64,000 bases of DNA from an uncultured delta proteobacterium (GCA_963790475.1 CAWBOS010000001.1:64001-128000), one strand, 5' to 3'; numbered from the stretch's first letter, positions 31,541 through 41,867 are shown. The notes: generated from the sequence alone by a model not told the origin. Made by a program: numbers and translations.

Positions 31541-32947
31541 GAACCTTTTGCAAAACTTATAAAAACTGCATGATGAAATATATCAGCAGGCGGTTATCCC
31601 AGTCGATTTAGGAATTTTGGGTCTTTCTTAACGACGATAGTCAGATTTGAGACTTTGGTAACAATTTTCAGGCATAGTTCTCCTCCTGACCTGAACTTTT
31701 CACCCCGTTCTTTGAAAATTTACTCAGGAAGCCAACTTTATCAACTGATCCGCAAAGAGCGCCAGGACGCCAAACATGAGATGGAGATTGACTTTCAAGG
31801 CTCCTCGGACCATGACATTCTTGGCACCGAACTCTTCTTTTAACCGGCTATTGAACCGTTCTGATGCTGTCCTTCCATTAAATCTTCTGGCCTCGTGGGG
31901 AGCCATAGGGATCACATCCTTACCGCGGAAGTTCTTGTCGATAATGGGCACATGTCCCAGAGCTCTGCTGATTGCATAGATAGATCCAGCGTCATAAGCG
32001 GCATCCATCAAATCATAAAGATAATCCACCTTGGAACTAGTCATCTTCATTAACGGTATAGCGACCTGGCTGTCATGAAGCGATGCTGCGGTCAAGACGA
32101 CACTCACCGGCAATCCGCAATCATTAACATCGGCATGGAGTTTATACCCGACCCAGGTCTCTTTGTACCCTTTGGAGTTCTTCTTGGTCCCTACGTCGCA
32201 GTAAACCGGCAATTCTTTTAAGGCCTCTTCAACTGATTGCTCTCGTTGCCTGGTCAAGCGTTTGTCTTCCTTGGAATCACGGAGTTCTCCCTTGACTGGA
32301 CGTCCTCTCTTCTTCGGCGCAGGCTTTTCTTTTACAGGCTTCTTAGTCGGCTTTTCCCGACCTTCTATGGCCGTTGCGTCTCGGGATATATGACCAACCA
32401 GTTCCGGCTTTAAACAACGTTCCACCAGGGCTTCGTGAACTTTTTCGCCAAGCCCCCCTTCGGCAAACTCCGCAAAGGCCCTGGAAAAAGTGGCCTCAGA
32501 GGGAATGTCGGATACCTTTTCGAACCCGCAGATGCGTCTTACATTAGACGTCGTTTTCAAATGTTCAATGGTTGATCTGGTGAAGGAATGGTTATAGACC
32601 GTCTTGGCCACAAAAGCCCGCGCTATCGCTTGGCGCTCAAGGATCTTCCTCCCCATCCACTGATTTAAAGAACTCCGGGGAACATATCTTTCAACCTCAA
32701 CCAGTTCCAATATCGTCACCAGCCGTTCCTCTTTTTCAGTCAAAGGCTGTTCCCAACATTCTTCTAAATCGGAAAATAAACCTTGTTGCAATCTACCCCT
32801 TAACCATGATACTTTTTTCCAGAGCTTCATCGGTGTCTCCTGTGTTTTTTTGTGTTCTTTCTAAACATCATCTTAACACAGAACCACCGCTGAGGCTCAC
32901 TCTTTATGCTTGTCTATTCCCTAAAAATAGACTTTTGCAAGAGGCTC
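31541..32947 (-). mobile_element. IS element (IS1182/IS5-like DDE) with imperfect 18-bp TIRs and a 4-bp ATTT duplication
   Basis: gaaccttttgcaaaactt vs the reverse complement of gacttttgcaagaggctc (14/18); attt on both flanks. Confidence 0.8.
31724..32830 (-). CDS. DDE transposase (IS1182/IS5-like)
   Basis: PSEATFSR, DATAIE, GYKLH, HDSQ, MDAAYD, ERFNSRLK. Confidence 0.9.
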   Translation of the reverse strand: MKLWKKVSWLRGRLQQGLFSDLEECWEQPLTEKEERLVTILELVEVERYVPRSSLNQWMGRKILERQAIARAFVAKTVYNHSFTRSTIEHLKTTSNVRRICGFEKVSDIPSEATFSRAFAEFAEGGLGEKVHEALVERCLKPELVGHISRDATAIEGREKPTKKPVKEKPAPKKRGRPVKGELRDSKEDKRLTRQREQSVEEALKELPVYCDVGTKKNSKGYKETWVGYKLHADVNDCGLPVSVVLTAASLHDSQVAIPLMKMTSSKVDYLYDLMDAAYDAGSIYAISRALGHVPIIDKNFRGKDVIPMAPHEARRFNGRTASERFNSRLKEEFGAKNVMVRGALKVNLHLMFGVLALFADQLIKLAS

Positions 32948-33108
32948 ATTTCTTACTATCTTATTCAGGGAAGGTCAAGAAATTTCACCCAGCTCTTCAG
33001 CGATTACCAATTTATGGGTTCCTTTAAAAGGCCCGTTTAACCCCTGTTAATCTTCGATCTTTACGAAGGCATGAAATGGGGCGCAACTTTTTGGGGTGTT
33101 TCCCCTTG

Positions 33109-33234
33109 TCATTCTTCCCACCTCCTTAGGATTAGCCAAGTTCCGACAAAGGTCACCAGTGTCAAACCGATGATTAGGGCTCCCCAAACAAACCACGGAG
33201 CGAATAAAACCATTGGATCAACCTGCGGTTGCAT
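33109..33234 (-). CDS. 41-aa single-TM small protein (below the ORF-track cutoff)
   Basis: SD aggagg; MQPQVDPMVLFAPWFVWGALIIGLTLVTFVGTWLILRRWEE*. Confidence 0.55.
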   Translation of the reverse strand: MQPQVDPMVLFAPWFVWGALIIGLTLVTFVGTWLILRRWEE

Positions 33235-33471
33235 AGGATACCTCCTTTCAAATCTTTAGTAAGAATTTGCTTTTTACTAGGAAGGGTATAGATTTAGAAA
33301 CAGGCAGGATCAAGAATGAAAAAGGGGCGGAAGGGAAGGGGACGGAGGGGGCCCAACCCGGTAGACTGAATAGACCTGATAGACCACACCGAACATATGA
33401 CTAATCAGACCACATAGACTAGAGAGTCAATTCCCCGGAGATTGAGAATATGGATTAGAAATTATATTTAT

Positions 33472-33705
33472 TTAACAGGTTAACACCTTCAAAACATCTA
33501 TCACCCGGTTCTTAACGGATTCCTGAGGATCCAGAACATTCATATTCAGCGGGTCGGTGAAGAGTAAATCAAAATTCTTTTTTTTCAGGAGGGAGAGGGT
33601 AGCTTTCAATGAGATCATCGATTTGATCATTATCCCTCCCTGGATCAGGATGACCATGGCTTTCCAACTGGGGTCAATGTACAAAATCCTTTTGGGCCTT
33701 TCCAT
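33472..33705 (-). CDS. Small degenerate receiver-like hypothetical protein
   Basis: RILYID ... FDLLFTD resembles a truncated REC fold; SD aggag. Confidence 0.45.
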   Translation of the reverse strand: MERPKRILYIDPSWKAMVILIQGGIMIKSMISLKATLSLLKKKNFDLLFTDPLNMNVLDPQESVKNRVIDVLKVLTC

Positions 33706-33777
33706 TGTCTTTCTCCTCTAATATAGTTAGAGCACTTTTCTCAAAGCAATAGCCTTTTTGGATAGCTGTCTTTTTTT

Positions 33778-34137
33778 CTAATTGTTGAATTCCGAGACCT
33801 GGTTGATCAGGTCATCCATTAAAAAAGGTTTTCTTAGCACATTAATAGGAAAACTCCTTTTTTCTTCCTCAAGGAGGGAATTAAATTGTTCCAAATTGCC
33901 GCTCATATAGATTGTTTTAACCGAAGGATCCTGCTCCCTTATGTGATTTATCAGCTCAAATCCATTCTCCCCCGGCATTTGAATATCGGTGATCACTACG
34001 TCCGGTCGAAACTGAAAATATTCTGAATATCCCTCCAATCCATTAAAGGCGGAGCTTACTTCATGCCCTTTTCGCTCCAGCATACAACAGATAACAGTTG
34101 TCAGGGATTGGTTATCATCTACGATTAATATTTTCAT
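33778..34137 (-). CDS. Single-domain response regulator (REC)
   Basis: ILIVDD, TDIQMPGENG, SG, KPF. Confidence 0.92.
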   Translation of the reverse strand: MKILIVDDNQSLTTVICCMLERKGHEVSSAFNGLEGYSEYFQFRPDVVITDIQMPGENGFELINHIREQDPSVKTIYMSGNLEQFNSLLEEEKRSFPINVLRKPFLMDDLINQVSEFNN

Positions 34138-34429
34138 TTCGGGTTCTCCTTAGTAAAACGTCCCTAAGATTAGGTAGTAAATAATTTTCCCGCTTAATTA
34201 TCGGACAATCCTTTCAATAAATTAATACGCAAAAAGTGTACCAAAATAATAAATTTACACAACTTGTTGATTTATAAGGAAAGTTATTCTCCAGGATTGC
34301 CCCAAGTGCCTAAAAACTGAATGGTTTTTCCTTCATTTTGGTGAGATAAGTGAAGGGTTTTAACATAAGATGAGTAAAAATAAATTTATTTACACAAAAT
34401 AAACATTTATTTCTTGAACAATTTGTTCT

Positions 34430-34861
34430 ATGGTGTTGGGCATGGATTACAATGAAGATTTTACAAAGGCTTTAATCAAATATTTAGAGCCCTTAGGGCG
34501 TGGGGGACAGACCAGACTGAGCCGCAAGACGGGGATTTCGAGCAATGTGATCTGTTCCATTGTCAAAGGAAGGCGAACTGCCAGCGAACGGACAAAGAAT
34601 AATATCGCCAACGCCCTCGGATATACTTACGATGAATTCTTGAACTTTGGCCGCGGTGATATCCCAAAGAACGACAACATTATCCCCATACGCCGCCGCC
34701 GGGACATGGACCCGAATTTTGCCAAGGTCGTAGCCTTGCTTGAGGAGATTTATGATTTAGGCAAAGAATCTCTTATCCTGGACCCGATCATCGTCATGAT
34801 CGAACAATTCCTGGTTTTATTGAAGGAGAACAAGAAGAGAAAAGTATCAGAAGGATTATAG
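34430..34861 (+). CDS. XRE-family helix-turn-helix regulator
   Basis: QTRLSRKTGISSNVICSIVKGRR...IANALG; the start may be 34442. Confidence 0.75.
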   Translation: MVLGMDYNEDFTKALIKYLEPLGRGGQTRLSRKTGISSNVICSIVKGRRTASERTKNNIANALGYTYDEFLNFGRGDIPKNDNIIPIRRRRDMDPNFAKVVALLEEIYDLGKESLILDPIIVMIEQFLVLLKENKKRKVSEGL

Positions 34862-34862
34862 G

Positions 34863-35168
34863 AGCCGAAACGAGAATAAACGAATGCGTTGAAATAAATA
34901 AAATGCTTTACGGCCTGATGAACAGTTTGAAGAAAAAAATGCGGAACTAAAATCTTTTCACTGACATCTTCTTCTGCTCTTTGTGAAGATCGACTTTGAT
35001 CTCAAGGAAAAGCAAGCCCAATACGGTAGGGGAAAAGGCAGACTAAAGGATTAGATTTTGACTGACTGTTTTTATCAATATTTTAGTTATTACCTTCAGC
35101 CTTCAGCCTTTGGTCTTCAGTTCCCTGTTTTCAACAGACCAGATAGACCAAATGACTAAACAGACTCG
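34863..35168 (+). repeat. Composite repeat: four-helix-bundle 3' end + downstream module + 7-mer and 9-mer arrays
   Basis: Matches 42452-42530 and 42595-42753 (ggggaaaaggcagactaaaggattagattttgactgactgtttttatcaatattttag...). Confidence 0.9.
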
Positions 35169-35194
35169 AAAGCCGATTCTGAAAGGAAGGAAAA

Positions 35195-36415
35195 ATGAAG
35201 GTTAAACTGCCTCAGCTTCTCTGGTATGAGAACAATGATCTTGAGATTGATCTCCCCGATTCCTGGGATGTGGAGATATGCCCCATGCAAGGGGCCGAAG
35301 CCCCGGCGCTTTCCCCGGAACAGTTGAAAGACAGGATTTTAGCACCCATCGGCGCCAAACCGTTGCGGGAACTGGCGCGAGGGAAAAAAACAGCCGTGAT
35401 CATCTTCGATGATATGACCCGGCCCACCAATCCCGGTGAGATCGCTCCCTGGGTGATCGAGGAGCTTCTGGCCGGCGGGATCGCTGAGGAGGAGATCACC
35501 TTTGTCTGCGCCCTGGGCACCCACGGGGCCCTGACCCCCATCCAGTTTCGAAAGAAGCTGGGGAACCTGGTGGAAAAATTTCGTGTCTTCAACCACAATA
35601 TTTATGAAAACTGTGTTTCCGTGGGCAAGACCAGTCGGGGCACGACGATGATGATCAACCGGGAGGTGGCCGAGGCCGACCTCAAGATCGCCATCGGCTG
35701 TGTCACTCCCCACCCCCAGGCCGGGTTTTCCGGGGGAGGCAAGCTGATCCTGCCGGGAGTGGCCCATATCGACAGCATTAGCCATTACCACCTCCAGGTG
35801 GAGGCCCTGGACCGGGGTTCAACCGGGATGGGCAAACATCCGGGCAATATCCTCAGGATGGAGATCGACGAGGCCGCCTCCCTGGCCGGGATCGATTTTA
35901 TGATCAACGTCCTGGTGAACGGCCGGGGGAAGGCTGCCGCGGTTTTTGCCGGGGACCTTATGGCCGCCCATGCCCAGGCTGTAGCTATGGCCAAGAGCCA
36001 CTACGCCACCGAGCCCAAACCTGCGAACAAGGACCTGGCCATCAGTAACGCCTTTGTCAAACCCAACGAGTTCACCATCGCCCTTCTGCCCGGGCTCCTA
36101 TCCCTCAAAGAGTACACCGGCACCGTGGTCATCCTGGCCAACTCCCCCGAGGGTCAGGTGATCCACTATCTCCTTGGCCGCTGGGGAAGGGGCTATGGGG
36201 GGCGGCAATATCCGGTAACCGCCGTTCCCGAGAGGATCAGACTCATTGTTATGGCCCCCTGCTTTGACCGGACCTTCGGAGACTGGTTTGCTAATCCCGA
36301 GGCCGTGACCTGGACCAGGAGCTGGCCGGAGACCCTGGCGCTCCTGGAGAAGGATTTTGGGCCAGGCACATCCGCTGCCGTGATTCCCAACGGCACCATG
36401 CAATATTTCAGGTAA
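35195..36415 (+). CDS. Lactate racemase LarA-family (DUF2088) protein
   Basis: DDMTRP, ALGTH, NH, PHPQAGFSGGGK..LPG. Confidence 0.85.
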   Translation: MKVKLPQLLWYENNDLEIDLPDSWDVEICPMQGAEAPALSPEQLKDRILAPIGAKPLRELARGKKTAVIIFDDMTRPTNPGEIAPWVIEELLAGGIAEEEITFVCALGTHGALTPIQFRKKLGNLVEKFRVFNHNIYENCVSVGKTSRGTTMMINREVAEADLKIAIGCVTPHPQAGFSGGGKLILPGVAHIDSISHYHLQVEALDRGSTGMGKHPGNILRMEIDEAASLAGIDFMINVLVNGRGKAAAVFAGDLMAAHAQAVAMAKSHYATEPKPANKDLAISNAFVKPNEFTIALLPGLLSLKEYTGTVVILANSPEGQVIHYLLGRWGRGYGGRQYPVTAVPERIRLIVMAPCFDRTFGDWFANPEAVTWTRSWPETLALLEKDFGPGTSAAVIPNGTMQYFR

Positions 36416-36437
36416 AATGATTAATGGAGAGGAAAAG

Positions 36438-36490
36438 TGGCGGTTGTTTTTGAAGGACTCAAGGTCATAGATGTATCGCAAACATCCATC
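36438..36490 (+). pseudogene. Stub of a class III CoA-transferase (CaiB-like) N-terminus
   Basis: SD gagg, then VAVVFEGLKVIDVSQT, interrupted just before a repeat module. Confidence 0.45.
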
Positions 36491-36513
36491 TTTAGGAACT
36501 CCTCAAAACGGGC

Positions 36514-36677
36514 GTCCCAATTCTCGGTTTGGAATCGGAATAGGTAAAGGAAGGATAGAGGTTGTCTCCCAATAGTGGCCAAATTTAAACTTGTAATTTA
36601 AATATGTCCATAGTCACTAACATCTTCTTCTGTTCTTTATGCGCGGAGTGAATGAATTGGACTACGTTCCCCTTTTG
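36514..36677 (+). repeat. Composite intergenic repeat
   Basis: About 125 bp shared with 41209-41336 (ccaatagtggccaaatttaaacttgtaatttaaatatgtccatagtcactaacatcttcttctgttc), plus the gtgaatgaattgga.. terminal module. Confidence 0.88.
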
Positions 36678-36716
36678 ACTTTTCCGATCATCCCGTGGGA
36701 AAAATTGAAACGAAAT

Positions 36717-37592
36717 TTACCTCGCCGGATGTTTTTTCCAGAACTTTCTGAGGTCGCCGGAAACGATCATCCACACAATCGAAGGAAAATGTCTGCTCAT
36801 GAACCAGGTAAATTTGTTCATCGCGCCGGGAACGATTGTAAATTTACTGCCCGCGATCCCTTTTAGAAAGGTCAAAGCGATGGTTTCCGGCTTCATGACC
36901 TTGATGTTTCCCGACAGCGCTTTTGTCTCCGGGGGCTTGATTTTATTCTCTTCCTGCAACTGCGGCGTGTCCGTGTCAGGCGGATATATCACGGAAACAG
37001 TGATGTTGTAAGGAAGAAGGTCCTGGCGCAGGCATTCGGAAAATCCGACAACCGCGTATTTCGCGGGTCCGTACGCGGCATAGCCGAACACTCCCATGTA
37101 GCCGAGAACCGACGAAACGTTGGCGATGCTGCCTTGTTTCCGCTCCATGAAATACGGCAGAAAGGCGCGCACCATGTTGACCGTCCCCATATAGTCCACC
37201 TGTATCATCGAATCCCAGACGGAATCAGGGATTTTGTCGACATACCCGGGCCAGGTGATGCCGGCGCAATTGATCAGGACGTCGATACCGCCGAGGGTGC
37301 CCACGATGCCCGCGGCCGCCTCCTTGCCTGCGGCTCGGTCCGATACGTCAAGTACCACCGGGAAGATTTTCTGGCCCTGATTTTTTGCCGCCGCCCTGAT
37401 TTCAGCGCAGGCCGTTTCGAGCCTGGCCGAATCGCGGGCGACAATGCAGACATGCGCGCCCCATCCCGCACAGACGCATGCCGTAGCCTTGCCGATGCCG
37501 CTCGATCCGCCGGTTATGACGATCCTCTTGTTTGAATACCAATCCAGGGGTTTTTCCGCGGCAGTCGTGACCTCCCGGACGAAAACGGCCAT
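36717..37592 (-). CDS. 3-ketodihydrosphingosine reductase-like SDR
   Basis: ITGGSSGIG, NCAG, YAAYGPAKYA, and KDSR-typical YPPDTDTP..EENKIKPPET; 5 bp downstream of SPT. Confidence 0.8.
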   Translation of the reverse strand: MAVFVREVTTAAEKPLDWYSNKRIVITGGSSGIGKATACVCAGWGAHVCIVARDSARLETACAEIRAAAKNQGQKIFPVVLDVSDRAAGKEAAAGIVGTLGGIDVLINCAGITWPGYVDKIPDSVWDSMIQVDYMGTVNMVRAFLPYFMERKQGSIANVSSVLGYMGVFGYAAYGPAKYAVVGFSECLRQDLLPYNITVSVIYPPDTDTPQLQEENKIKPPETKALSGNIKVMKPETIALTFLKGIAGSKFTIVPGAMNKFTWFMSRHFPSIVWMIVSGDLRKFWKKHPAR

Positions 37593-37597
37593 TTTCC

Positions 37598-38800
37598 TTA
37601 CTCCTTTATGACGCCGAGCTTTTTTCCGACGGCATGGAACTTGTCAAGGGCCCGGTCGATCTGGTCTGCAGTATGCGTGGCCATGAGGCTGACGCGGAGA
37701 AGGGAATGGCCGGTCTCGACCGCAGGGCTGATGACGGGATTGACAAAAATGCCTTCTTCCTGGAGCATCATGCACATCCTGAAACAGGTGAGGTCTTCGC
37801 CGATATATACGGGCAGGATCGGCGTCTGAGAGCCACCGAGGTTGTACCCCAGGGAAAGAAGACCGCTCGACATGCGACGGGAATTGTCCCATAGGTGCCG
37901 GATGCGCTCGGGCTCGGACTCAAGAATGCTGAGCGCGGCCATGGCGGCTCCGACGTTCGCCGGCGCGATGCTGGCACTGAAGATGAAGGCGCGAGAATGG
38001 TGCTTGAGATAGTCTATGGTGGCGGTGTCGCCGGCGATGAACCCGCCCACGCTCGCCAGCGACTTGCTGAATGTTCCCATGACGAGATCGACCCTGTCCG
38101 TGACGCCGAAATAAGAACAGGTCCCCCTGCCCTGGTTGCCGAGCACGCCGATGCCGTGCGCTTCGTCGACCATGACTGCCGCGTTGAATTTGTCGGCAAG
38201 GTCCACGATGCCCGGCAGCGGGGCAATGTCGCCTTCCATGCTGAACACACCGTCGACCACGATCAGTTTGCCCTGGTCCGGTTTGCAGGCCGCAAGCGTG
38301 CGTTCAAGGCTGGTCAAATCGTTGTGCTGGTAACGCGAGATCCGGCCATATCCCAGCCGGGCGCCATCGATGATGCTGGCGTGGTCCAACTTGTCAAGAA
38401 TGACGTGCTCGTTCCGGGTGATTATCGCGGAAATGGTGCCGAGGTTCGCCTGCATGCCTGTTGCGTATAACTGCGCCGCGTCCTTGTGGACGAACCGGGC
38501 CAGCCGTTCTTCGCATTCGATGTGGATGTCAAGGGTGCCGTTCAGAAAGCGTGATCCGCCGCAGCCGGTTCCGTACTTCCGGATCGCCGCCATGGCGCCT
38601 TCTTTTACTTTTGGATGGCTGGTCAGGCCGAGATAGCTGTTTGATCCGAACATCAGGACCTTTTTGCCGCCGAGAAGCACTTCCGTATCCTGGTCGGATT
38701 GAATCGGCCTGAAATAGGGATACAGGTTCATTGCCCGTACCTGCTGGGGGTCCTTATAGTCAACCGCTTTTTTCAGCAGGGGATTGCCTGTTCTATTCAT
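37598..38800 (-). CDS. spt: Serine palmitoyltransferase (alpha-oxoamine synthase family)
   Basis: YPYFR, MFGSNSYLGL, GSRFLNGTLDIH, DHASI, DEAH, GTFSKS; paired with the KDSR-like gene. Confidence 0.82.
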   Translation of the reverse strand: MNRTGNPLLKKAVDYKDPQQVRAMNLYPYFRPIQSDQDTEVLLGGKKVLMFGSNSYLGLTSHPKVKEGAMAAIRKYGTGCGGSRFLNGTLDIHIECEERLARFVHKDAAQLYATGMQANLGTISAIITRNEHVILDKLDHASIIDGARLGYGRISRYQHNDLTSLERTLAACKPDQGKLIVVDGVFSMEGDIAPLPGIVDLADKFNAAVMVDEAHGIGVLGNQGRGTCSYFGVTDRVDLVMGTFSKSLASVGGFIAGDTATIDYLKHHSRAFIFSASIAPANVGAAMAALSILESEPERIRHLWDNSRRMSSGLLSLGYNLGGSQTPILPVYIGEDLTCFRMCMMLQEEGIFVNPVISPAVETGHSLLRVSLMATHTADQIDRALDKFHAVGKKLGVIKE

Positions 38801-39150
38801 ATCCGCACCACCTTAGGGTAAAAGCTCATCAAGGGATACCAGTGTAACAAAAAATTATAATTTCCGGGGATAATCATTAAAAACTATTGAAAAAGGCAAT
38901 GAAGCGCTATTTAATAAGAAGTTGCTTTTTGATGGCAAGACTATAAAACAAGGGAAAGAACACCGTCAAGGAGAAAAACAGAGCGGAAGGCAAGTGGACA
39001 AAGGGGGTCTTCGGTAAAGGAACCTGGTCGATCCTTCCGAGGGCATAAATGGGGCGCAATCCTTTTTGGGTGTTTTCCTTTATGATTGACCTTAACTGTT
39101 TGTTATGGTTAATATTATAAAATTTTTATTTTTGGCTTTAATAATTCCGG

Positions 39151-39253
39151 CAACATCTTCTTCTGTTCTTTATGGTCGGCCAGACAGACCAAACAGACCT
39201 GATACACTCAATAGACCAAATGACCAAACAGACCAGACAGACCGGATAGAAAC
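39151..39253 (+). repeat. AACATCTTC module + long 9-bp tandem array (AGACCARAY)
   Basis: agaccaaac agacctgat acactcaat agaccaaat gaccaaac agaccagac agaccggat. Confidence 0.85.
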
Positions 39254-39267
39254 AGGGAGGGGAGAGT

Positions 39268-39972
39268 TTAGCTTTTTTCTTTGATACGGTCCTTCAAACT
39301 TTGGTTCAGTTTCCACCAGGTTTTTTCTACCTGCTCGCGGGTATGCTCCAAAGATCCGGAATTGTCTACAATCAGGTCACAATATCCTTTTTTCTCCTCC
39401 ACGGACATTTGAGATCGGATGATGTTCCTGGCTAATTCCTCACTGCTGCCATCCCGTTCGATCAGCCGTTTTAACTGAACTTCCTCCGGAACAGAGACCA
39501 GCAACAGATGATCAAACATAGACTGCATATTGGTTTCAATGAGAAGCGAAACCACGACTTCGATGATGAGCGGTTCTTTTTCTTGGGCATATCCTTCGAT
39601 TTGAAGCAAAAATTCTTTCCAGATTCTGAGGTGGGTAAAGCTTTCCAGTTTTCTAAGTTTTTTCATGTCCTGAAAAACGATTTCTTTCAACTTCTTCCGA
39701 TCGAGGGTTTTATCAGCCGCCAAGACCTGTTTTCCAAAAAAGGAAACAATGTCCTGATAAGCCGGCCGCCCGGGTTTCATAACCCCCCGGCTCAAGACAT
39801 CAAAATCAATGATCCTGGCCCCCATTGCTTCCAGCATCCCGGCCACGGTAGACTTTCCGGCAGCAATACCGCCCGTTACCCCAAGGAGGATTAAGGGCGC
39901 GGAAAAGGATTTGAGCCGGGATAGAAGCTCCGTTCTACGAACGGATCTGTCCTCATCTCGTTTTGTGTTCAC
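39268..39972 (-). CDS. coaE: Dephospho-CoA kinase
   Basis: GVTGGIAAGKSTV, LDRKKL, RLIERDG, DNSGS. Confidence 0.9.
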   Translation of the reverse strand: MNTKRDEDRSVRRTELLSRLKSFSAPLILLGVTGGIAAGKSTVAGMLEAMGARIIDFDVLSRGVMKPGRPAYQDIVSFFGKQVLAADKTLDRKKLKEIVFQDMKKLRKLESFTHLRIWKEFLLQIEGYAQEKEPLIIEVVVSLLIETNMQSMFDHLLLVSVPEEVQLKRLIERDGSSEELARNIIRSQMSVEEKKGYCDLIVDNSGSLEHTREQVEKTWWKLNQSLKDRIKEKS

Positions 39973-40262
39973 GACGGTTTCCTCATCGGATATAAGAACG
40001 ATGATTTATTAAAATAGTTGGGTCTGCCCCTTCTTGGTTCAATATTATATGAGGCCTACTATATTCCGGGTTTTTGAGCAATTAAAAACATCGGATGAGG
40101 CAGCAGCGAACATTGATTAACGGGGATAGACTAGATAGACTGGATAGCCAGAAAAGGTTGACTTTAACCGTTTGTTATGGTTTAGATAAATCATTCCATG
40201 ATAGCTTTTTGAACCGTCATCTTTGTGGTTAAAATTTGCCGTATCTTAAACAAGAAGGGATT

Positions 40263-40385
40263 GTGACGGGAAAAGAAGATTTGGTTTCTCAGGAAATTAT
40301 TGAGAGCAAAATTTTTCTTATCAGAGGCAAGAAGATCATGCTGGACCGTGATTTGGCTGTTCTCTATGGAGTTGAGACAAACATC
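40263..40385 (+). pseudogene. ORF6N-domain protein, N-terminal fragment
   Basis: IESKIFLIRGKKIMLDRDLAVLYGVET. Confidence 0.75.
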
Positions 40386-40410
40386 TTGATTTGGAGGCAG
40401 GAGAATAAGG

Positions 40411-41046
40411 ATGAAAGTCGTCGCATTTAATGGGAGTCCGAGAAAAAACGGAAATACGGCGGGATCGCTGAAAACGGTTATTTCAGAACTTGAAAAACAA
40501 GGTATTGAGACGGAACTGATCCATGTGGGTAAAGAAAAAATACGGGGATGCTTGTCCTGTTTTGCCTGCGTCAAAAACCAAAACGAAAGATGTGCGACGG
40601 AGGATGACCCGGTGAATGACTGGATTCAAAAAATGAAACAGGCAGACGGTATCCTTCTTGGCTCTCCGGTCTATTTTTCCGGAGTCGCCGGAACCATGAA
40701 GTCCTTTCTTGACAGGGCGTTTTTTGTCATTTCCATGAACAAGGGTCTGCTCCGTCATAAAGTGGGGGCATCTGTTGTTGCGGTAAGGCGTTCGGGGGGG
40801 ATCCCCACCTTGGATTCCTTGAATCACTATATTCTCTATTCTGAAATGATCATACCGGGTTCCAATTACTGGACTGTTGCCCATGGGATGAATCCGGGAG
40901 AGATGGAAAAAGACAGCGAGGGCAAACAGATCATGGAGGTTCTTGGCAAAAATATGGCTTGGCTTTTGAAAGTCATGGAGGCAGGGAAAAAAGAAGTCCC
41001 TCCACCGGAACCTGTGGCTAAAATATCTACCAATTTCATTCGGTAG
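40411..41046 (+). CDS. Iron-sulfur flavoprotein / flavodoxin-like FMN reductase
   Basis: NGSPRKNGNT, CxxCxxC..C, GSPVYF, RRSGG. Confidence 0.9.
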   Translation: MKVVAFNGSPRKNGNTAGSLKTVISELEKQGIETELIHVGKEKIRGCLSCFACVKNQNERCATEDDPVNDWIQKMKQADGILLGSPVYFSGVAGTMKSFLDRAFFVISMNKGLLRHKVGASVVAVRRSGGIPTLDSLNHYILYSEMIIPGSNYWTVAHGMNPGEMEKDSEGKQIMEVLGKNMAWLLKVMEAGKKEVPPPEPVAKISTNFIR

Positions 41047-41067
41047 CGGATTGCCCCCACGACAGAC

Positions 41068-41416
41068 AAAGCAGATGATAATGGGGTCATACGAAGATGT
41101 TAGGGAAAGAAGTGATGAACAGTTTAAAGAAAAAAATGCGGGACTAACATCTTTTCACTGATATCTGTATTTGGAGGCATCTTCTCACTAACATCTGCAT
41201 TGGGGCACCTCCCAATGCTTGGTTTGGAGTCGGAATGGGCAGAGGGAAGATATAGGTTGTTTTCCAATAGTGGCCAAATTTAAACTTGTAATTTAAATAT
41301 GTCCATAGTCACTAACATCTTCTTCTGTTCTTCATGGTCGGCCAGACAGACCAGACAGACCAGAAAGGGTTGAAAGATAAGATCAAAAGTGAATGAATTG
41401 GACAACGCCCCCGTTT
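41068..41416 (+). repeat. Composite repeat containing a minimal in-frame-deleted four-helix-bundle cassette
   Basis: ATG at 41097 reads MLGKEV-MNSLKKKMRD*, i.e. the first 6 and the last codons of the 42156 gene, between the same inverted units. Confidence 0.88.
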
Positions 41417-41468
41417 CCGGGAAAAATAGAAACGAAAAAGGCCAGGTCATGAGGAGCGAAACCGGGAG

Positions 41469-41867
41469 ATGACAGCGCAGAAAGAAAAATCTCGTGGGGA
41501 AATCGTCCTTTACCAGGCACCGGATGGCAAGGTTGAGCTAACTATCCGACTTGAGCGGGAAAGCCTTTGGTTGAGCCAAAAACAAATGTCGTTGCTTTTT
41601 GATAAAGACACCGACACGATCAGTTTGCATATCCGTAATATATACAAAGAAGGTGAATTGGAAGAATCGGCAACTACCGAGGAATCCTCGGTAGTTCAAA
41701 AGGAGGGTAAAAGACAGGTCCGCCGTAATGTTCGCCTGTATAACCTCGATGCCGTTCTCTCAGTGGGTTACCGGGTCAACTCGAAGCGCGGCACTCAGTT
41801 TCGTATCTGGGCGAACAATGTTTTAAAAGAATATCTGGTAAGAGGTTTTGTCCTTCCATTACGCTGA
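41469..41867 (+). pseudogene. RhuM-family (virulence/Fic-associated) protein, 3'-truncated
   Basis: EIVLYQ, LWLSQKQM..LF, YNLDAVLSVGYRVNSKRGTQFRIWA; ends abruptly. Confidence 0.8.

Noticed and set aside
34430-34861. Prophage immunity region suggested by the XRE repressor
   Set aside because: No integrase, structural or replication genes nearby.
39182-39253. 9-mer arrays as a CRISPR array
   Set aside because: The units are 8-9 bp and contiguous with no unique spacers, and there are no cas genes in the window.
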